Both the position numbers and the translations under genes were made by a program. A stretch of DNA of 64,000 bases from an uncultured delta proteobacterium. Lineage in GTDB: Bacteria > Myxococcota_A > Polyangia > Haliangiales > Haliangiaceae. Positions 9,949 to 19,792 of the stretch are shown here, piece after piece. Positions within the stretch are counted from its first letter, which is position 1. The number at the start of each line of letters is the position of its first letter. The DNA is taken from NCBI GenBank assembly GCA_963848295.1, contig CAWKDB010000010.1:1056001-1120000 (forward strand). The letters are read 5' to 3'. The notes under the pieces were generated by a model, which had not been told where the DNA came from, ran no database searches, and was given only the letters and a program-made list of their open reading frames with translations.

Positions 9949-12156
9949 CTACTTCGCGATCAACAACGCCAAGGCGCGTGAATCGAGATCGTAGGTCGGG
10001 GTCGTGACGAGTTGCTCGCTGCCCGGCGGCGCGATGTTGTTGCTCGCCTCGAGGAACGCGGCGGTGTTCGCGACGCGGTACCACGCCTTGCCAGCCGGAG
10101 CGGCCGGCAGCGTAACGGTCACCTTCGCCATGCCGCGGTTGTAGAGCACGAACAGGGCAGCGTTCGGCTCGTTCGGTATCGTCGTGCCGTCGATCCACCA
10201 CGCGACGATCGGTTGGGTCGCGTCGGCCATGTAGCCCGCGCTCGCCGGCGCGCCGGTCGCGTCGTAGAACGTCGGCGCGGTCCACGTCGCCGGGCGCAAC
10301 GCCGGATGCGCGGCGCGAAATTGCATCATGCCTTGCGCGAACGACCACAGCGGCGTGCCCTGGCCGGTCCAGTCGAGCCAGGTCGCGGTCGAGTCGAGGT
10401 TGTACGGGTTGTTGTTGCACGCGACCGAGCGGCCGAGCTCGTCGCCGCCCTCGATCATCGGCACGCCGGCGGACAGCAGCTCGAGCGCGAGCCCGGTGCG
10501 CACGGCCTGGCGCTGCGCGACCGGATCGCCGCCGTGATCCCACGAGTAGTTCGACGTGCTGCCGCCGTTCGACGGGCCGAACGGCCACGGCTGGTTGTTG
10601 CTCGGCGCGTCGCACGCGTAGAGATCGTGCAGCGTGAACCCGTCGTGCGAGACCAGGTAGCTGACGCCGGCGGCCGGCGCGCGGGCGCCGAACAGATCCG
10701 GCGAGCCGGCGATGCGTGTCGCGAGCGAGCTCGGCGCGACCGGCGCTACGTTCTGATCCTGGCGCACCGTGTCGCGGATGTGATCGTTCCACTCGCTCCA
10801 GCCGGCGGGGAACTTGCCGATCGCGTAGCTGTTCGCGACCACCGCCCACGGCTCGGCGACGAGATCGATGCCCGCGCCGCCGTCGGCCGGGCGCGCGCGC
10901 GCCGCGATCTGCGTCGGCAAACCGGTCGGATCGAACGTGAAGCAGCCCGGGCCGCACGCGTTGCCCAACACCGGGGCGAGATCGAAGCGAAAGCCGTCGA
11001 CGCCGAGGTCGTCGGACCAGTAGCGCAGCGAGTCGAGCACGAGGCCCTGGGTCAGCGGCTTGGTGCCCGCGAGATCGGCGCCGACACCGTTCGAATTCGT
11101 GAACCCGGTGCCGGCGGCATCGAGCTGGTAGTAGCCGGCGTTATCGAGGCCGCGTAGCGACAGCAGCGACGACCCGCTGCCCTCAGCGGTGTGGTTGTAG
11201 ACGACGTCGACCATGACCTTGATGCCGAGGTCATGAAACGCCTTGACCATCGCGCGCAGCTCGCGCGTCGGGCCGCCCGGCGACTTGTCGCACGCGTAGC
11301 GGCGATCCGGCGCGAAGTACGCGAGCGTCGAGTAGCCCCAGTAGTTGTCGCCGTTGTCGTCGGTAGGCGACACGTCGTTGCGATCGTTCTCGGTCTCGGC
11401 GAGCGGCATCAGCTCGATCGCCGTGACGCCGAGACTCGCGAGGTACGGCGCGCGCGTCGCGGCACCGGCATAGGTGCCGGCGCACGTGCCGGCTTGCGGA
11501 TCGGCTTGGGTGAAGCCGCGGACGTGGACCTCGTAGATGATGTCATCGCGAAACGCGCGGGTCGGCTTCGCGCCGATGTCGACCGGGCCGTCGCGCAGCA
11601 CGATGCCCTTCGGCGCGACCGCCGCGGAGTCGATCGCGCGCGAGCTGCCGGTCGCGTACGCCGAGCCGCTCGGCTGCGTCGGCGTCTCCGGATCGTGCGA
11701 CAGCTCGACCGCGTACGGATCGAACAGCAGCTTGTTCGGGTTCATCCGGTCGCCGTCGCTATCGACATCGGTCTGCCAGCCGGCGGTCGAGCCGGGCATC
11801 CACGCGGGGTCGTAACTCCAGTTCGGCCCCCACACGCGATAGCCGTAATAGATCGTCGCGGGCAGCTGCGCCGCCGGCACGGTCGCGGTCCACGTCGTCG
11901 GCGAGTCCTGGGTCAACGCGACATGCAGCACCGGCGTGGCGGTGGTCGGCGCGTCGAAGATCCACAACTCGATCCGGGTCGCATGCGCCGAGCCCACCCG
12001 AAACGCGACGCCGCTGCCGTCGGCGGTCCAGTGCGCGCCGAGCGCGGGTTGCCATGCCGGGCCGGCGTCGATCGCGGTCGACGCATCGCCGCCGACACCG
12101 ATGCTCGGGCGATGAGCGCAGGCAACGAACAACAGCGTTACAGCGAGCCGGCGCAT
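9949..12156 (-). CDS. Isoamylase / glycogen debranching enzyme (GH13, GlgX-like) with N-terminal signal peptide
   Basis: NPNKLLFDPYA, IYEVHVRGFT, NYWGY, DVVYNHT, GVDGFRFDLA, AEPW, SHDGFTL. Confidence 0.92.
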   Translation of the reverse strand: MRRLAVTLLFVACAHRPSIGVGGDASTAIDAGPAWQPALGAHWTADGSGVAFRVGSAHATRIELWIFDAPTTATPVLHVALTQDSPTTWTATVPAAQLPATIYYGYRVWGPNWSYDPAWMPGSTAGWQTDVDSDGDRMNPNKLLFDPYAVELSHDPETPTQPSGSAYATGSSRAIDSAAVAPKGIVLRDGPVDIGAKPTRAFRDDIIYEVHVRGFTQADPQAGTCAGTYAGAATRAPYLASLGVTAIELMPLAETENDRNDVSPTDDNGDNYWGYSTLAYFAPDRRYACDKSPGGPTRELRAMVKAFHDLGIKVMVDVVYNHTAEGSGSSLLSLRGLDNAGYYQLDAAGTGFTNSNGVGADLAGTKPLTQGLVLDSLRYWSDDLGVDGFRFDLAPVLGNACGPGCFTFDPTGLPTQIAARARPADGGAGIDLVAEPWAVVANSYAIGKFPAGWSEWNDHIRDTVRQDQNVAPVAPSSLATRIAGSPDLFGARAPAAGVSYLVSHDGFTLHDLYACDAPSNNQPWPFGPSNGGSTSNYSWDHGGDPVAQRQAVRTGLALELLSAGVPMIEGGDELGRSVACNNNPYNLDSTATWLDWTGQGTPLWSFAQGMMQFRAAHPALRPATWTAPTFYDATGAPASAGYMADATQPIVAWWIDGTTIPNEPNAALFVLYNRGMAKVTVTLPAAPAGKAWYRVANTAAFLEASNNIAPPGSEQLVTTPTYDLDSRALALLIAK

Positions 12157-12168
12157 GGCCGAAGAGAG

Positions 12169-12184
12169 AGCAACGCCCGTACCG
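12169..12184 (-). promoter_or_regulatory. Putative sigma-54 promoter of the isoamylase gene
   Basis: Minus strand CGGTACGGGCGTTGCT = GG-N10-GC; palindrome GTTGCGA-A-TCGCAAC upstream at 12225-12239. Confidence 0.5.
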
Positions 12185-12478
12185 CGCTAACCCCGCGGAG
12201 TCGGGGCGTACCGGCGCGAAAACAGTTGCGAATCGCAACGCGGTGGCGCGTTCTGACCGAGAGGGCGTAGATCGGTCGCCACTGCAAGCACTGCTTCCCG
12301 ACTCGAGATAGCGGGAGCGCGCGCGACAGGCGAAGCTGCACAGGGGCCCAAGCGCGTAACTTCCGATCATCATGCGTCGGCGTAGCAAAACGCGTTGCAC
12401 CGCACGTTGTTCCGCACCGCCGCTCGCGCGCCGCGCGCAGGACCCTGTGGCAGCTGAGCCAGCGCGCGCGCCGCGGCG

Positions 12479-14473
12479 TTACTCGCGCGGCAGCCGAAGC
12501 GTGAACTCGGTGCCGCCGCCCGGCGCGGGCCGATGATCGAGCTCGCCGTTCATCGCGCGGGCGAGCGACCGCGACAGCGCGAGGCCGAGGCCGAGGCCCG
12601 CAGGGCCGTCGCTGTTGACGCCGCGCGAGAACGGCCGGAACAGCCGGGTCTTGTCCGCGATGCCCGGGCCGCGATCGGTGACGACGATCGCGATCGCGTC
12701 GCCGGCTTCGCGCGCGACCAGCGTGATCGATCGATCGGTCGCCCCGCGCGCGTACTTCTCCGCGTTGTCGAGCAGGTTGCTGACGATCCGCGCGAGCGCG
12801 TCGCGATCGAACCGCGCGCGCAGGTCGCGAGCGACGTCGACGTGCAGCGTGGCGCCGGCGCGCTCGAGCGTCGGTCTCGCGCCATCGGCGAGCTCGTGCA
12901 ACGCCTCGCCGACCGCGCCGGGCTTCGCCTCGATGCTGAGGTTGCCGCGCTCGAGCTGCGAGAACCCGAGCACGTTCGACACCACGCGCCCGAGCCGCGA
13001 CGCCTCCTCGCTCATCCGCTTCGCGTAGTCGCGCAGCTTCGTCGGGTCGCCGAGGCCATCGGCGAGCATGTCGCCGTACAGTTGCAAACCGGCGAGCGGC
13101 GTGCGCAGCTCGTGCGCGGCGGCGGCCGCGAACTGGCTGCGTTCGCGCGCCAGGCGCTCCGCGCGCGCGACGAGCAACACGACGAACGCCGCGGCGAGCG
13201 CCGCGATCCAGCCGACCGCGATGAACTTGACGACGAAGTCCTGCGCGAGCGAGGCCGCCTCGGTCGACGCCGCGAGCAACGCGCGCGGATTCGGGGCGAC
13301 CGTGAGCTGCCAACCCGCGGCGAGCTCGGTCGCGCCGGTGCCGCCGCTGTCGTGCAGCTCGGCGACCTGATCGCCGACGCGCGCTGCGAGCCAGCTTGTC
13401 AGCGTCGCGCGATCGACGACGAAGCCCTGCGCGTAGCCGCCATCCGGCGTCTGCACCGAGCGCACCGCGACGAGCGCGGGGTGCCCGGCAAACGGTTGCG
13501 AATGCCACTCGAGCGACGACACCGTGATCAGCACCGGTGCGGGCGGCGGTGGCGGCGGCGCCGGCGGCGGGACGATCGCGCGGACGCGCAGCCTGCGATG
13601 CGGGCGCGGCGCGGGCGTCGGCCTCGGCGCCGGCGCGGTCATCTGAGGTTGAAGCGCCTGCGGCTGGTCGATCTGGGCCGGTGCGTTCGCCTGTTGCGGA
13701 TATGCAGCCTGCGCGTTGGCTTGGGGATATGGCTTGGTCTGCTGTTGCCGGTAGATATTCGTCGCGGCGTTGTTGGTCAGGTAGCTCTGCTGATCGATCG
13801 CGATCTGCTTGGTCTTCTTGCCGACCGGCTTGACGGCGACGAGCTTCACGTCGTCGTCATCGGCGGCCGACTTCGACTTGCTCGGTCCGGGATCGTCCTC
13901 GTAGTAGTACTCGTACTTCGGCGTCGGCTTCGGATCGGCGGCGGCGACGAGCACCGGGGGCTTGCTCGACACCGGCACCGGCGGCGGTGCGAGCGACCCG
14001 AGATCGCGCGCGACCTCGGCGCGAAATTCGCGGTTGTCGGCGAGGTGAGTCGACTCGGACAGCGTCGGCACCGCGTCGTTGATCGTCGGCGTGCTCGCTT
14101 GACCTTTCGAGTCGAGCTGGAAGTAGCCGAGCACGAGCGAATCGTCGGGCTCGCCGGCGAGCGGCGACGGCGTGACGTTATCGCCCGCCGATGCGCGCGG
14201 ATCGTGGAACAGGTTCTGGTAGTGGAAGTACGGTCGCTCGCTCTCGTGCGCGATCAACTCGGTCAGCTCGCCGCGCAGCTCGCGCGCGAGCTCGGCGGCG
14301 CGCTGATCGGCCGCGAGCTTGGGCGCGGCCTCGACCTCGTGTTGCCGCGCGCGCACGCCGGCCCAACCCGCGAAGAACCACGCGGTGAGCAGCGCGGTCA
14401 GCGCCGCGGCGAGCAAGACCGCCGCGTACAGCGTCCGCGGCAGCTTGCGCCGCGCTAGCGCGCCAGGCGCCAC
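12479..14473 (-). CDS. Sensor histidine kinase with a long low-complexity extracytoplasmic insert
   Basis: H-box AAHELRTPL, N-box NLLDNAEKY, DRGPGI, GLGLGLAL; two TM helices; start approximate. Confidence 0.88.
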   Translation of the reverse strand: MAPGALARRKLPRTLYAAVLLAAALTALLTAWFFAGWAGVRARQHEVEAAPKLAADQRAAELARELRGELTELIAHESERPYFHYQNLFHDPRASAGDNVTPSPLAGEPDDSLVLGYFQLDSKGQASTPTINDAVPTLSESTHLADNREFRAEVARDLGSLAPPPVPVSSKPPVLVAAADPKPTPKYEYYYEDDPGPSKSKSAADDDDVKLVAVKPVGKKTKQIAIDQQSYLTNNAATNIYRQQQTKPYPQANAQAAYPQQANAPAQIDQPQALQPQMTAPAPRPTPAPRPHRRLRVRAIVPPPAPPPPPPAPVLITVSSLEWHSQPFAGHPALVAVRSVQTPDGGYAQGFVVDRATLTSWLAARVGDQVAELHDSGGTGATELAAGWQLTVAPNPRALLAASTEAASLAQDFVVKFIAVGWIAALAAAFVVLLVARAERLARERSQFAAAAAHELRTPLAGLQLYGDMLADGLGDPTKLRDYAKRMSEEASRLGRVVSNVLGFSQLERGNLSIEAKPGAVGEALHELADGARPTLERAGATLHVDVARDLRARFDRDALARIVSNLLDNAEKYARGATDRSITLVAREAGDAIAIVVTDRGPGIADKTRLFRPFSRGVNSDGPAGLGLGLALSRSLARAMNGELDHRPAPGGGTEFTLRLPRE

Positions 14474-15135
14474 GCGTACCCCGCGCCTTTGACCGAGACG
14501 ATCACGGTCGGCTTGCCCGGATCGGCCTCGACCTTCTTGCGCAACACCGCGATCGCCATGTCGACCGCGCGCGTCTGCAAGTCGCCGCGTTGACCGAACA
14601 CCCGCTCGAGCAACTCGGCGCGGGTCACGACCCGCTCGCGATGGCGATACAGCCAACGCACGATGCCGACTTCGCGCGGCGTCAGCGCGACGTGCTCGCC
14701 ACCGCGCACGACGATCATCCGCGCGAGATCGATCGTCGCGCCGTCGACCTGGACCTCGTCGAGCGATTCGCCGACGGGCGCGCGCCGGCCGAGCACGCGG
14801 ACCCGAGCGAGCAGCTCGCGCGCGGAGAACGGCTTCGTGACGTAGTCGTCCGCGCCTTCGATCAGACCGCGCACCTTGTCGTCCTCCGAGCCGCGCGCGG
14901 TCAGCATCAAGATCGGCGTGCCCGGGCGCGCCGCGCGCAGCCGGCGGCACACCTCCATGCCATCGAGCCGCGGCAGCATGAGATCCAACACGACGAGGTC
15001 GAACGCCTCGCGCAAGCCGGCCTCCGCGCCTGCCATACCGTCGCCGACCGCGAGGACGTCGTGGCCGTCGCCCACGAACAGATCGACGATGCCCTCGCGC
15101 AGGCTCGCTTCGTCTTCGACCACCAAGATCCGCAC
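14455..15135 (-). CDS. OmpR-family response regulator
   Basis: RILVVEDE, LDLMLP, LMLTAR, GADDYVTKPF, winged-helix C-terminus VKGAGY. Confidence 0.95.
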   Translation of the reverse strand: MRILVVEDEASLREGIVDLFVGDGHDVLAVGDGMAGAEAGLREAFDLVVLDLMLPRLDGMEVCRRLRAARPGTPILMLTARGSEDDKVRGLIEGADDYVTKPFSARELLARVRVLGRRAPVGESLDEVQVDGATIDLARMIVVRGGEHVALTPREVGIVRWLYRHRERVVTRAELLERVFGQRGDLQTRAVDMAIAVLRKKVEADPGKPTVIVSVKGAGYAWRLAR

Positions 15136-15160
15136 GCCGCATCATTGTGCCACGTCGCGT

Positions 15161-15199
15161 GTAAGCGGGACGTAAGAGCCGCCCTTACCGAGACTTGAC
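15161..15199. promoter_or_regulatory. Putative OmpR-type tandem binding boxes in the divergent promoter
   Basis: GTAAG at 15161 and 15172 (11-bp period); opposite-strand GTAAG/GTCAAG at 15184-15188 and 15194-15199. Confidence 0.45.
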
Positions 15200-15233
15200 C
15201 GCGCGCTCGGCGGTCCGCGCGTACGTTTTGACC

Positions 15234-16550
15234 ATGCCGAACGGTTTTCGCCCTGCCCTGTTGCTCGCCGCAGCGATCGCCTTGCCGGTCGCCGCCGAAC
15301 CCGCGCCGACCTCGCCCGCCGACGAGCTCGCGGCGCTGCGCAGCCAAGGCCCGGCCGGGTTGCGCACGCTATTGAAGCGATACGACGCGATGCTGCCCGG
15401 CCCGGCGCGCGACGCGCTCGCGCTCGACGTCGACAGGGTCGCCGGCCAGCGCTACGCGACGGTGTCGCGATTGTACTGGTTCACCGAGCTCGCCGCCGCC
15501 GAGGCCGAGGCGCACCGCGAGCACCGGCCGATCCTCGAGCTGCGCATGCTCGGCCGGCTCGATGAGGATCTGTCGTGTGCGAACAGCCGGCTGTTCCGTG
15601 CGACGCTCTACGCGAACCAGCAGGTCTCGACGTTGCTGCGCGACGACTTCGTGTTGTTGTGGACGACCGAGCGCCCGGTGCCCAAGGTCACGATCGAGTT
15701 CGGCGACGGCCGCAAGATCGTCCGCACGACGACCGGCAACAGCGCGCACTACATCCTCGACGAGCACGGCAACGTGCTCGACGTCCTGCCCGGGCTGTAC
15801 GCGCCGTCGGCGTTTCGCACCGAGCTGCAGGGCTCGCTCGCGTTCGCTCGCGCGGTACGCGGCAAGACCGGCGACGTGCTCGCGCAGGCGATCGCGACGT
15901 ATCACACCAAGCTCGCAGCGCGCGCGCAGAACCAGTTCGCGGCGATCGCGAACGCGCCGTACATCGCGGCGACCCACCACCTGTCGACCGCGGCCGAGCT
16001 CGAGGACGCGCTCGCCCGTGCGCAGCGCGCGACGATGTCCAAGGCGGTGATCGAGATCCGCGACCTGAAGCGCATCGGGCTCTACCCGGGCGCGCTGCCC
16101 GATGACGCGCCGTACTGGGCGGCGGTCGGCCAGCGGCTCTACAACATCGGCGACGTCGCGGCGTTCCACGAAGCCGGGACCCCGTCGCGGCAGGCGACCG
16201 CACCGCACGCCACCACGCCGCCGGCCGTGCTCGACGCGCGCAGCCGCGCGCTGATCGAACAGCTCCACGACGCCGTGCCGACCGAGCTGGTCGCGACCCC
16301 GGCCCAGCTCGCCGACGTGATCGCCAGGCTCGAGCAGCACCTCGTGGCCGACTCCGCGCTCGATCAGCTCCGGCTCCGCCCCCAGATCTCGCGGTTCATC
16401 GCGAGCCGGCACGGCCGGATCGATTTCGACACGCTGAACCACTGGGTCTACGCGACGGTGTTCGACACGCCGGCCTCCGACCCGTGGCTGGGCCTAATGC
16501 CACGCACCGACTTCAGCGGACTGCCCGGAGACGGCATCGAATCGTTCTGA
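15234..16550 (+). CDS. Secreted protein with a SelN-like thioredoxin-fold domain
   Basis: Signal peptide; segment WFTELAAAEAEAHREHRPILELRMLGRLDEDLSCANSRLFRATLY...LLRDDFVLLW. Confidence 0.7.
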   Translation: MPNGFRPALLLAAAIALPVAAEPAPTSPADELAALRSQGPAGLRTLLKRYDAMLPGPARDALALDVDRVAGQRYATVSRLYWFTELAAAEAEAHREHRPILELRMLGRLDEDLSCANSRLFRATLYANQQVSTLLRDDFVLLWTTERPVPKVTIEFGDGRKIVRTTTGNSAHYILDEHGNVLDVLPGLYAPSAFRTELQGSLAFARAVRGKTGDVLAQAIATYHTKLAARAQNQFAAIANAPYIAATHHLSTAAELEDALARAQRATMSKAVIEIRDLKRIGLYPGALPDDAPYWAAVGQRLYNIGDVAAFHEAGTPSRQATAPHATTPPAVLDARSRALIEQLHDAVPTELVATPAQLADVIARLEQHLVADSALDQLRLRPQISRFIASRHGRIDFDTLNHWVYATVFDTPASDPWLGLMPRTDFSGLPGDGIESF

Positions 16551-16568
16551 CGCGTTATACTCGCCGCG

Positions 16569-17816
16569 ATGGCTCGGATCGCCCCGCTCGCGCTCGCGTT
16601 GGTTTGCATCTCGGGCGTCGCGGCGGCGGACGTCCCGCTCGTCGGCGCTTGGTTCGGCCCGCGGATCTTCGCGAACAACTCGACGCTCGGCTACATCAAC
16701 GACGCGCCCGACCATCCGATGCTCGAGACCTCGATCGAGCTCGGCGTGCGGATCAGCCACGACTTCATCGTGCCGTGGCTATATCCCGAATTCGAGCTCG
16801 GCTTCTCGCCGACCCACACGACGCCGACCGGCGCCCCGTCGGTGAGCGTCGCGTGGCTCGATCCGCGGTTCAACTTGCGGTTCGAAGTCTTGCGCCACGG
16901 CAAGCTGCACCCGTTCGTGCTGGTCGGCGGCGGTTCGCCGATCGCGTTGTCGTCGGCGCGGATGACCTACAACTCCGGCATCGTCGGCGACGGGTACGGC
17001 GGCGTCGGCGTGCGCTACGACACCGGCCGTGGCTTCCTGCTGCGGTTCGACGCGCGGCTCGCCGTCGGTCCAGGCGTCGATCTCGCGACCGGCGACAACC
17101 GCGCCGCGTTCGAAGGCGAGTTCGGGTTCGGCGTCGAGATCGACTTCAACCACAAGGGCAGCACCGGGTCGAATCAGCACCGGCCGATGACCGACACGAC
17201 CGACAGCGATGGCGACGGCATCCCGGACGCGGTCGACAAGTGCCCCGATCGCCCCGAGGATTTCGATGGCTTCGAAGATCAAGACGGCTGCCCCGACATC
17301 GACAACGACGGCGATCACGTCCTCGACATCGCCGACAAGTGTCCGAACGTGCCCGAGACCTACAACGGCTACGAAGACGAGGACGGTTGCCCAGACACGA
17401 TCCCCGCCGATGTCGCCGGCATCGTCGGAACGGTCGAGGGCTTGATCTATGCCGAGGCAGAGACCGGCGTGCACGACTCGGCGCTCCCCGCGATCGCGAA
17501 GATCGCGACGGTGTTGAAGGCCCATCCCGGCGTCCGGATCGTGCTCGTCGGCCACACCGACGATCGCGAATCCAAGGTGTTCGCGACCAAGCCGGCCGAA
17601 GGCGAGCCCGAGCCCGACCTCGCCGCGATCGCCGCCGACCTCTCGCACGGCCGCGCCGAAGCGGTGAAGCAGGTCCTGGTCAAGGACGGCATCCCCGAAG
17701 GCCGGATCGTCGTCGACGGCGAGGGCGCGGAAGATCCGGTGATGGACAACGCCACCCCGAAGGGCCGACTCGCGAACCGCCGCGTCTCGGTCAAGCTGTT
17801 CATCCCGGCGCACTGA
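16569..17816 (+). CDS. OmpA-family protein: beta-barrel, TSP3-like Asp repeats and peptidoglycan-binding domain
   Basis: DSDGDGIPDAVDKCP/EDQDGCPD repeats; VGHTD...LSHGRAEAVK...NRRV. Confidence 0.92.
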   Translation: MARIAPLALALVCISGVAAADVPLVGAWFGPRIFANNSTLGYINDAPDHPMLETSIELGVRISHDFIVPWLYPEFELGFSPTHTTPTGAPSVSVAWLDPRFNLRFEVLRHGKLHPFVLVGGGSPIALSSARMTYNSGIVGDGYGGVGVRYDTGRGFLLRFDARLAVGPGVDLATGDNRAAFEGEFGFGVEIDFNHKGSTGSNQHRPMTDTTDSDGDGIPDAVDKCPDRPEDFDGFEDQDGCPDIDNDGDHVLDIADKCPNVPETYNGYEDEDGCPDTIPADVAGIVGTVEGLIYAEAETGVHDSALPAIAKIATVLKAHPGVRIVLVGHTDDRESKVFATKPAEGEPEPDLAAIAADLSHGRAEAVKQVLVKDGIPEGRIVVDGEGAEDPVMDNATPKGRLANRRVSVKLFIPAH

Positions 17817-18046
17817 TGGCGCTCGGCGCCGCCGCGATCTCGTCGATCGACATCGCGCTCGGCAACGGCAAGTGGACGACCGATCGCGGCATCGCTGCCG
17901 GCGCGAGCGCGAACCAGATCGTCGCCGCGTACGGCAAGCCGCGCCGCCGCACGCGCCACGGTGCAGAGACCTCTCTCGCGTATCCGCGGATGACGTTCGA
18001 GCTGAAGCGCGACAAGCTCGTCGCGCTGACGTTGACGAGCGCTTAG
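17816..18046 (+). CDS. Small hypothetical protein (possibly a fragment)
   Basis: ATG overlaps the OmpA TGA; RGIAAGASANQIVAAYGKP. Confidence 0.45.
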   Translation: MALGAAAISSIDIALGNGKWTTDRGIAAGASANQIVAAYGKPRRRTRHGAETSLAYPRMTFELKRDKLVALTLTSA

Positions 18047-18078
18047 CTGATCTCCCCCGCAGGAGTTACCATCCGCAC

Positions 18079-18618
18079 ATGGCAAAGCTCGTGTTCGGGA
18101 TGTCGCAGTCGCTCGACGGCTACGTCGACGACGCCGCGGGTACGCTGTGCATGCCGCCGCCGCGCCCGGCGCTGTTTCGTCACTTCGTCGAGGTCGTGGC
18201 CGGCCACGCCGGCGCCATCTACGGCCGCCGCATCTACGAGGTGATGCGCTACTGGGATGTCGATCGGCCGGACTGGGACGCGGCGGAGCGCGAGTTCGCC
18301 GCCGCCTGGCGACGGCAGCCGAAGTGGATCGCGTCGCGCACGCTCGCGTCGGTCGGGCCGAACGCGACGTTGATCCGCGGCGACCTCGACGCGTTCGTGC
18401 GCGATCTGAAGGCGACGGTCGACGGCGAGCTCGACGTCGCCGGGCCCGAGCTCGCGGCCGCCGTCGCGCCGCTGATCGACGAGTATCGGCTCTACTTCAG
18501 GCCCTACGTGCTCGGCGGCGGCAAGCCGTACTTCGCCGGCGCGAGGCCGGCGCTGCGGCTCGTCGCCACGGATCTCATCGGCGAGGACGACGTCCGGCTG
18601 ACCTACGTTCCCGCGTGA
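18079..18618 (+). CDS. Dihydrofolate reductase / RibD C-terminal family protein
   Basis: SLDGYV, YGRRIYEVMRYW, IDEYRLYFRPYVLGGGKPYF. Confidence 0.9.
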   Translation: MAKLVFGMSQSLDGYVDDAAGTLCMPPPRPALFRHFVEVVAGHAGAIYGRRIYEVMRYWDVDRPDWDAAEREFAAAWRRQPKWIASRTLASVGPNATLIRGDLDAFVRDLKATVDGELDVAGPELAAAVAPLIDEYRLYFRPYVLGGGKPYFAGARPALRLVATDLIGEDDVRLTYVPA

Positions 18619-18623
18619 GCCGC

Positions 18624-19727
18624 TCAGCTCTTCTTGCGCCCGAACAGCCCGCGCTTCTCTTTGACTTCTTCGCCGAGGTCGGCCGCGAGCTCGCGCATGA
18701 GCTCGTGCTGGCGCGCGCTCAGCTTCTTCGGGATCTCGACCTTCCACTGGACGACCTGCTCGCCGCGGCCCGATGCGTTGACGTGCGGGATGCCGTGACC
18801 GCGCCGGACGAGCACGTCGCCCGGTTGCGTGCCGGCCTTGAGCTCGACCGTCGCGGTGCCGTTGCAGTTGTCGTCGAGCGTGTGGATCTCGACCTCGCCG
18901 CCGAGCGTCGCCTTGACGAAGCTGATCGGGATCTCGGTGAGCACGTCGTCGCCCTCGCGGCGAAACCGATCGTCGCCCTGAACGTGGAGCACGACGTAGA
19001 GATGACCGGCGGCGCCGCCCGGCGCGGTCTCGCCCTTGCCGGCGAGGCGCAGCGTCTGACCATCGTCGACGCCAGCGGGCACGGTGACCGACAGCGTCGT
19101 GGCCTCTGGCTTCGTGCCGCGACCGCGGCAGTCCTCGCACGGATCCTTGATCGTCTTGCCCGCGCCGCGACAATGCGGACACGTGCTCTGCACCATGAAG
19201 AAGCCCTGCGCGTGGACGACCTGGCCCTTGCCTTTGCACGTCGCGCAGCTCTCGGGCTTGGTGCCCGGCTTCGCGCCGTTTCCGCCGCACGTGCTGCACG
19301 CGACGTCGCGCGAGACCTTGACCTCCTTGGTCACGCCCCACACCGCCTCGGGAAACGTCAGGCCGAGATCGACGCGCAGATCCGCGCCGCGCTGCGACCG
19401 CCGACCACCGCCCCGACCGCCGAGGAAGTCGCCGAACAGATCGCCGAACGCCGAGAAGATATCTTCGACGTTCGAGAACCCCGGGCCTTGGCCCCGGCTC
19501 GCCGCGCCCTTCAACCCGTCGAAGCCGTAGCGATCGTAGGCCGCGCGCTGGTCGTCATCCGACAGGATCTGGTACGCGTTCGCCGCTTCCTTGAAGCTCT
19601 CCTCGGCGACTTTGTCGTCGGGATTCTTGTCGGGATGAAATTGCTGCGCGAGCCGGCGATAGGCCTTCTTGAGATCAGCCTGGCTGGCTCCTCGCTCGAC
19701 CCCTAGTACTTCGTACAGATCACGCAT
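18624..19727 (-). CDS. dnaJ: Chaperone DnaJ
   Basis: J domain with HPD, G/F-rich region, four CxxCxGxG repeats, C-terminal domain. Confidence 0.96.
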   Translation of the reverse strand: MRDLYEVLGVERGASQADLKKAYRRLAQQFHPDKNPDDKVAEESFKEAANAYQILSDDDQRAAYDRYGFDGLKGAASRGQGPGFSNVEDIFSAFGDLFGDFLGGRGGGRRSQRGADLRVDLGLTFPEAVWGVTKEVKVSRDVACSTCGGNGAKPGTKPESCATCKGKGQVVHAQGFFMVQSTCPHCRGAGKTIKDPCEDCRGRGTKPEATTLSVTVPAGVDDGQTLRLAGKGETAPGGAAGHLYVVLHVQGDDRFRREGDDVLTEIPISFVKATLGGEVEIHTLDDNCNGTATVELKAGTQPGDVLVRRGHGIPHVNASGRGEQVVQWKVEIPKKLSARQHELMRELAADLGEEVKEKRGLFGRKKS

Positions 19728-19792
19728 GTTCTAAAGAGAATCAGGACCTTGGGTAATGCGGGAGGCGGGCGCTGTCAAGGTATGGTTCGCGC

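Noticed and set aside
12185..12478. Riboswitch or ncRNA in the 320-bp intergenic region
   Set aside because: Short hairpins only; no recognisable aptamer consensus by eye.
15560..15600. Selenocysteine in the SelN-like protein
   Set aside because: The motif is encoded TCG TGT GCG AAC with no in-frame TGA.
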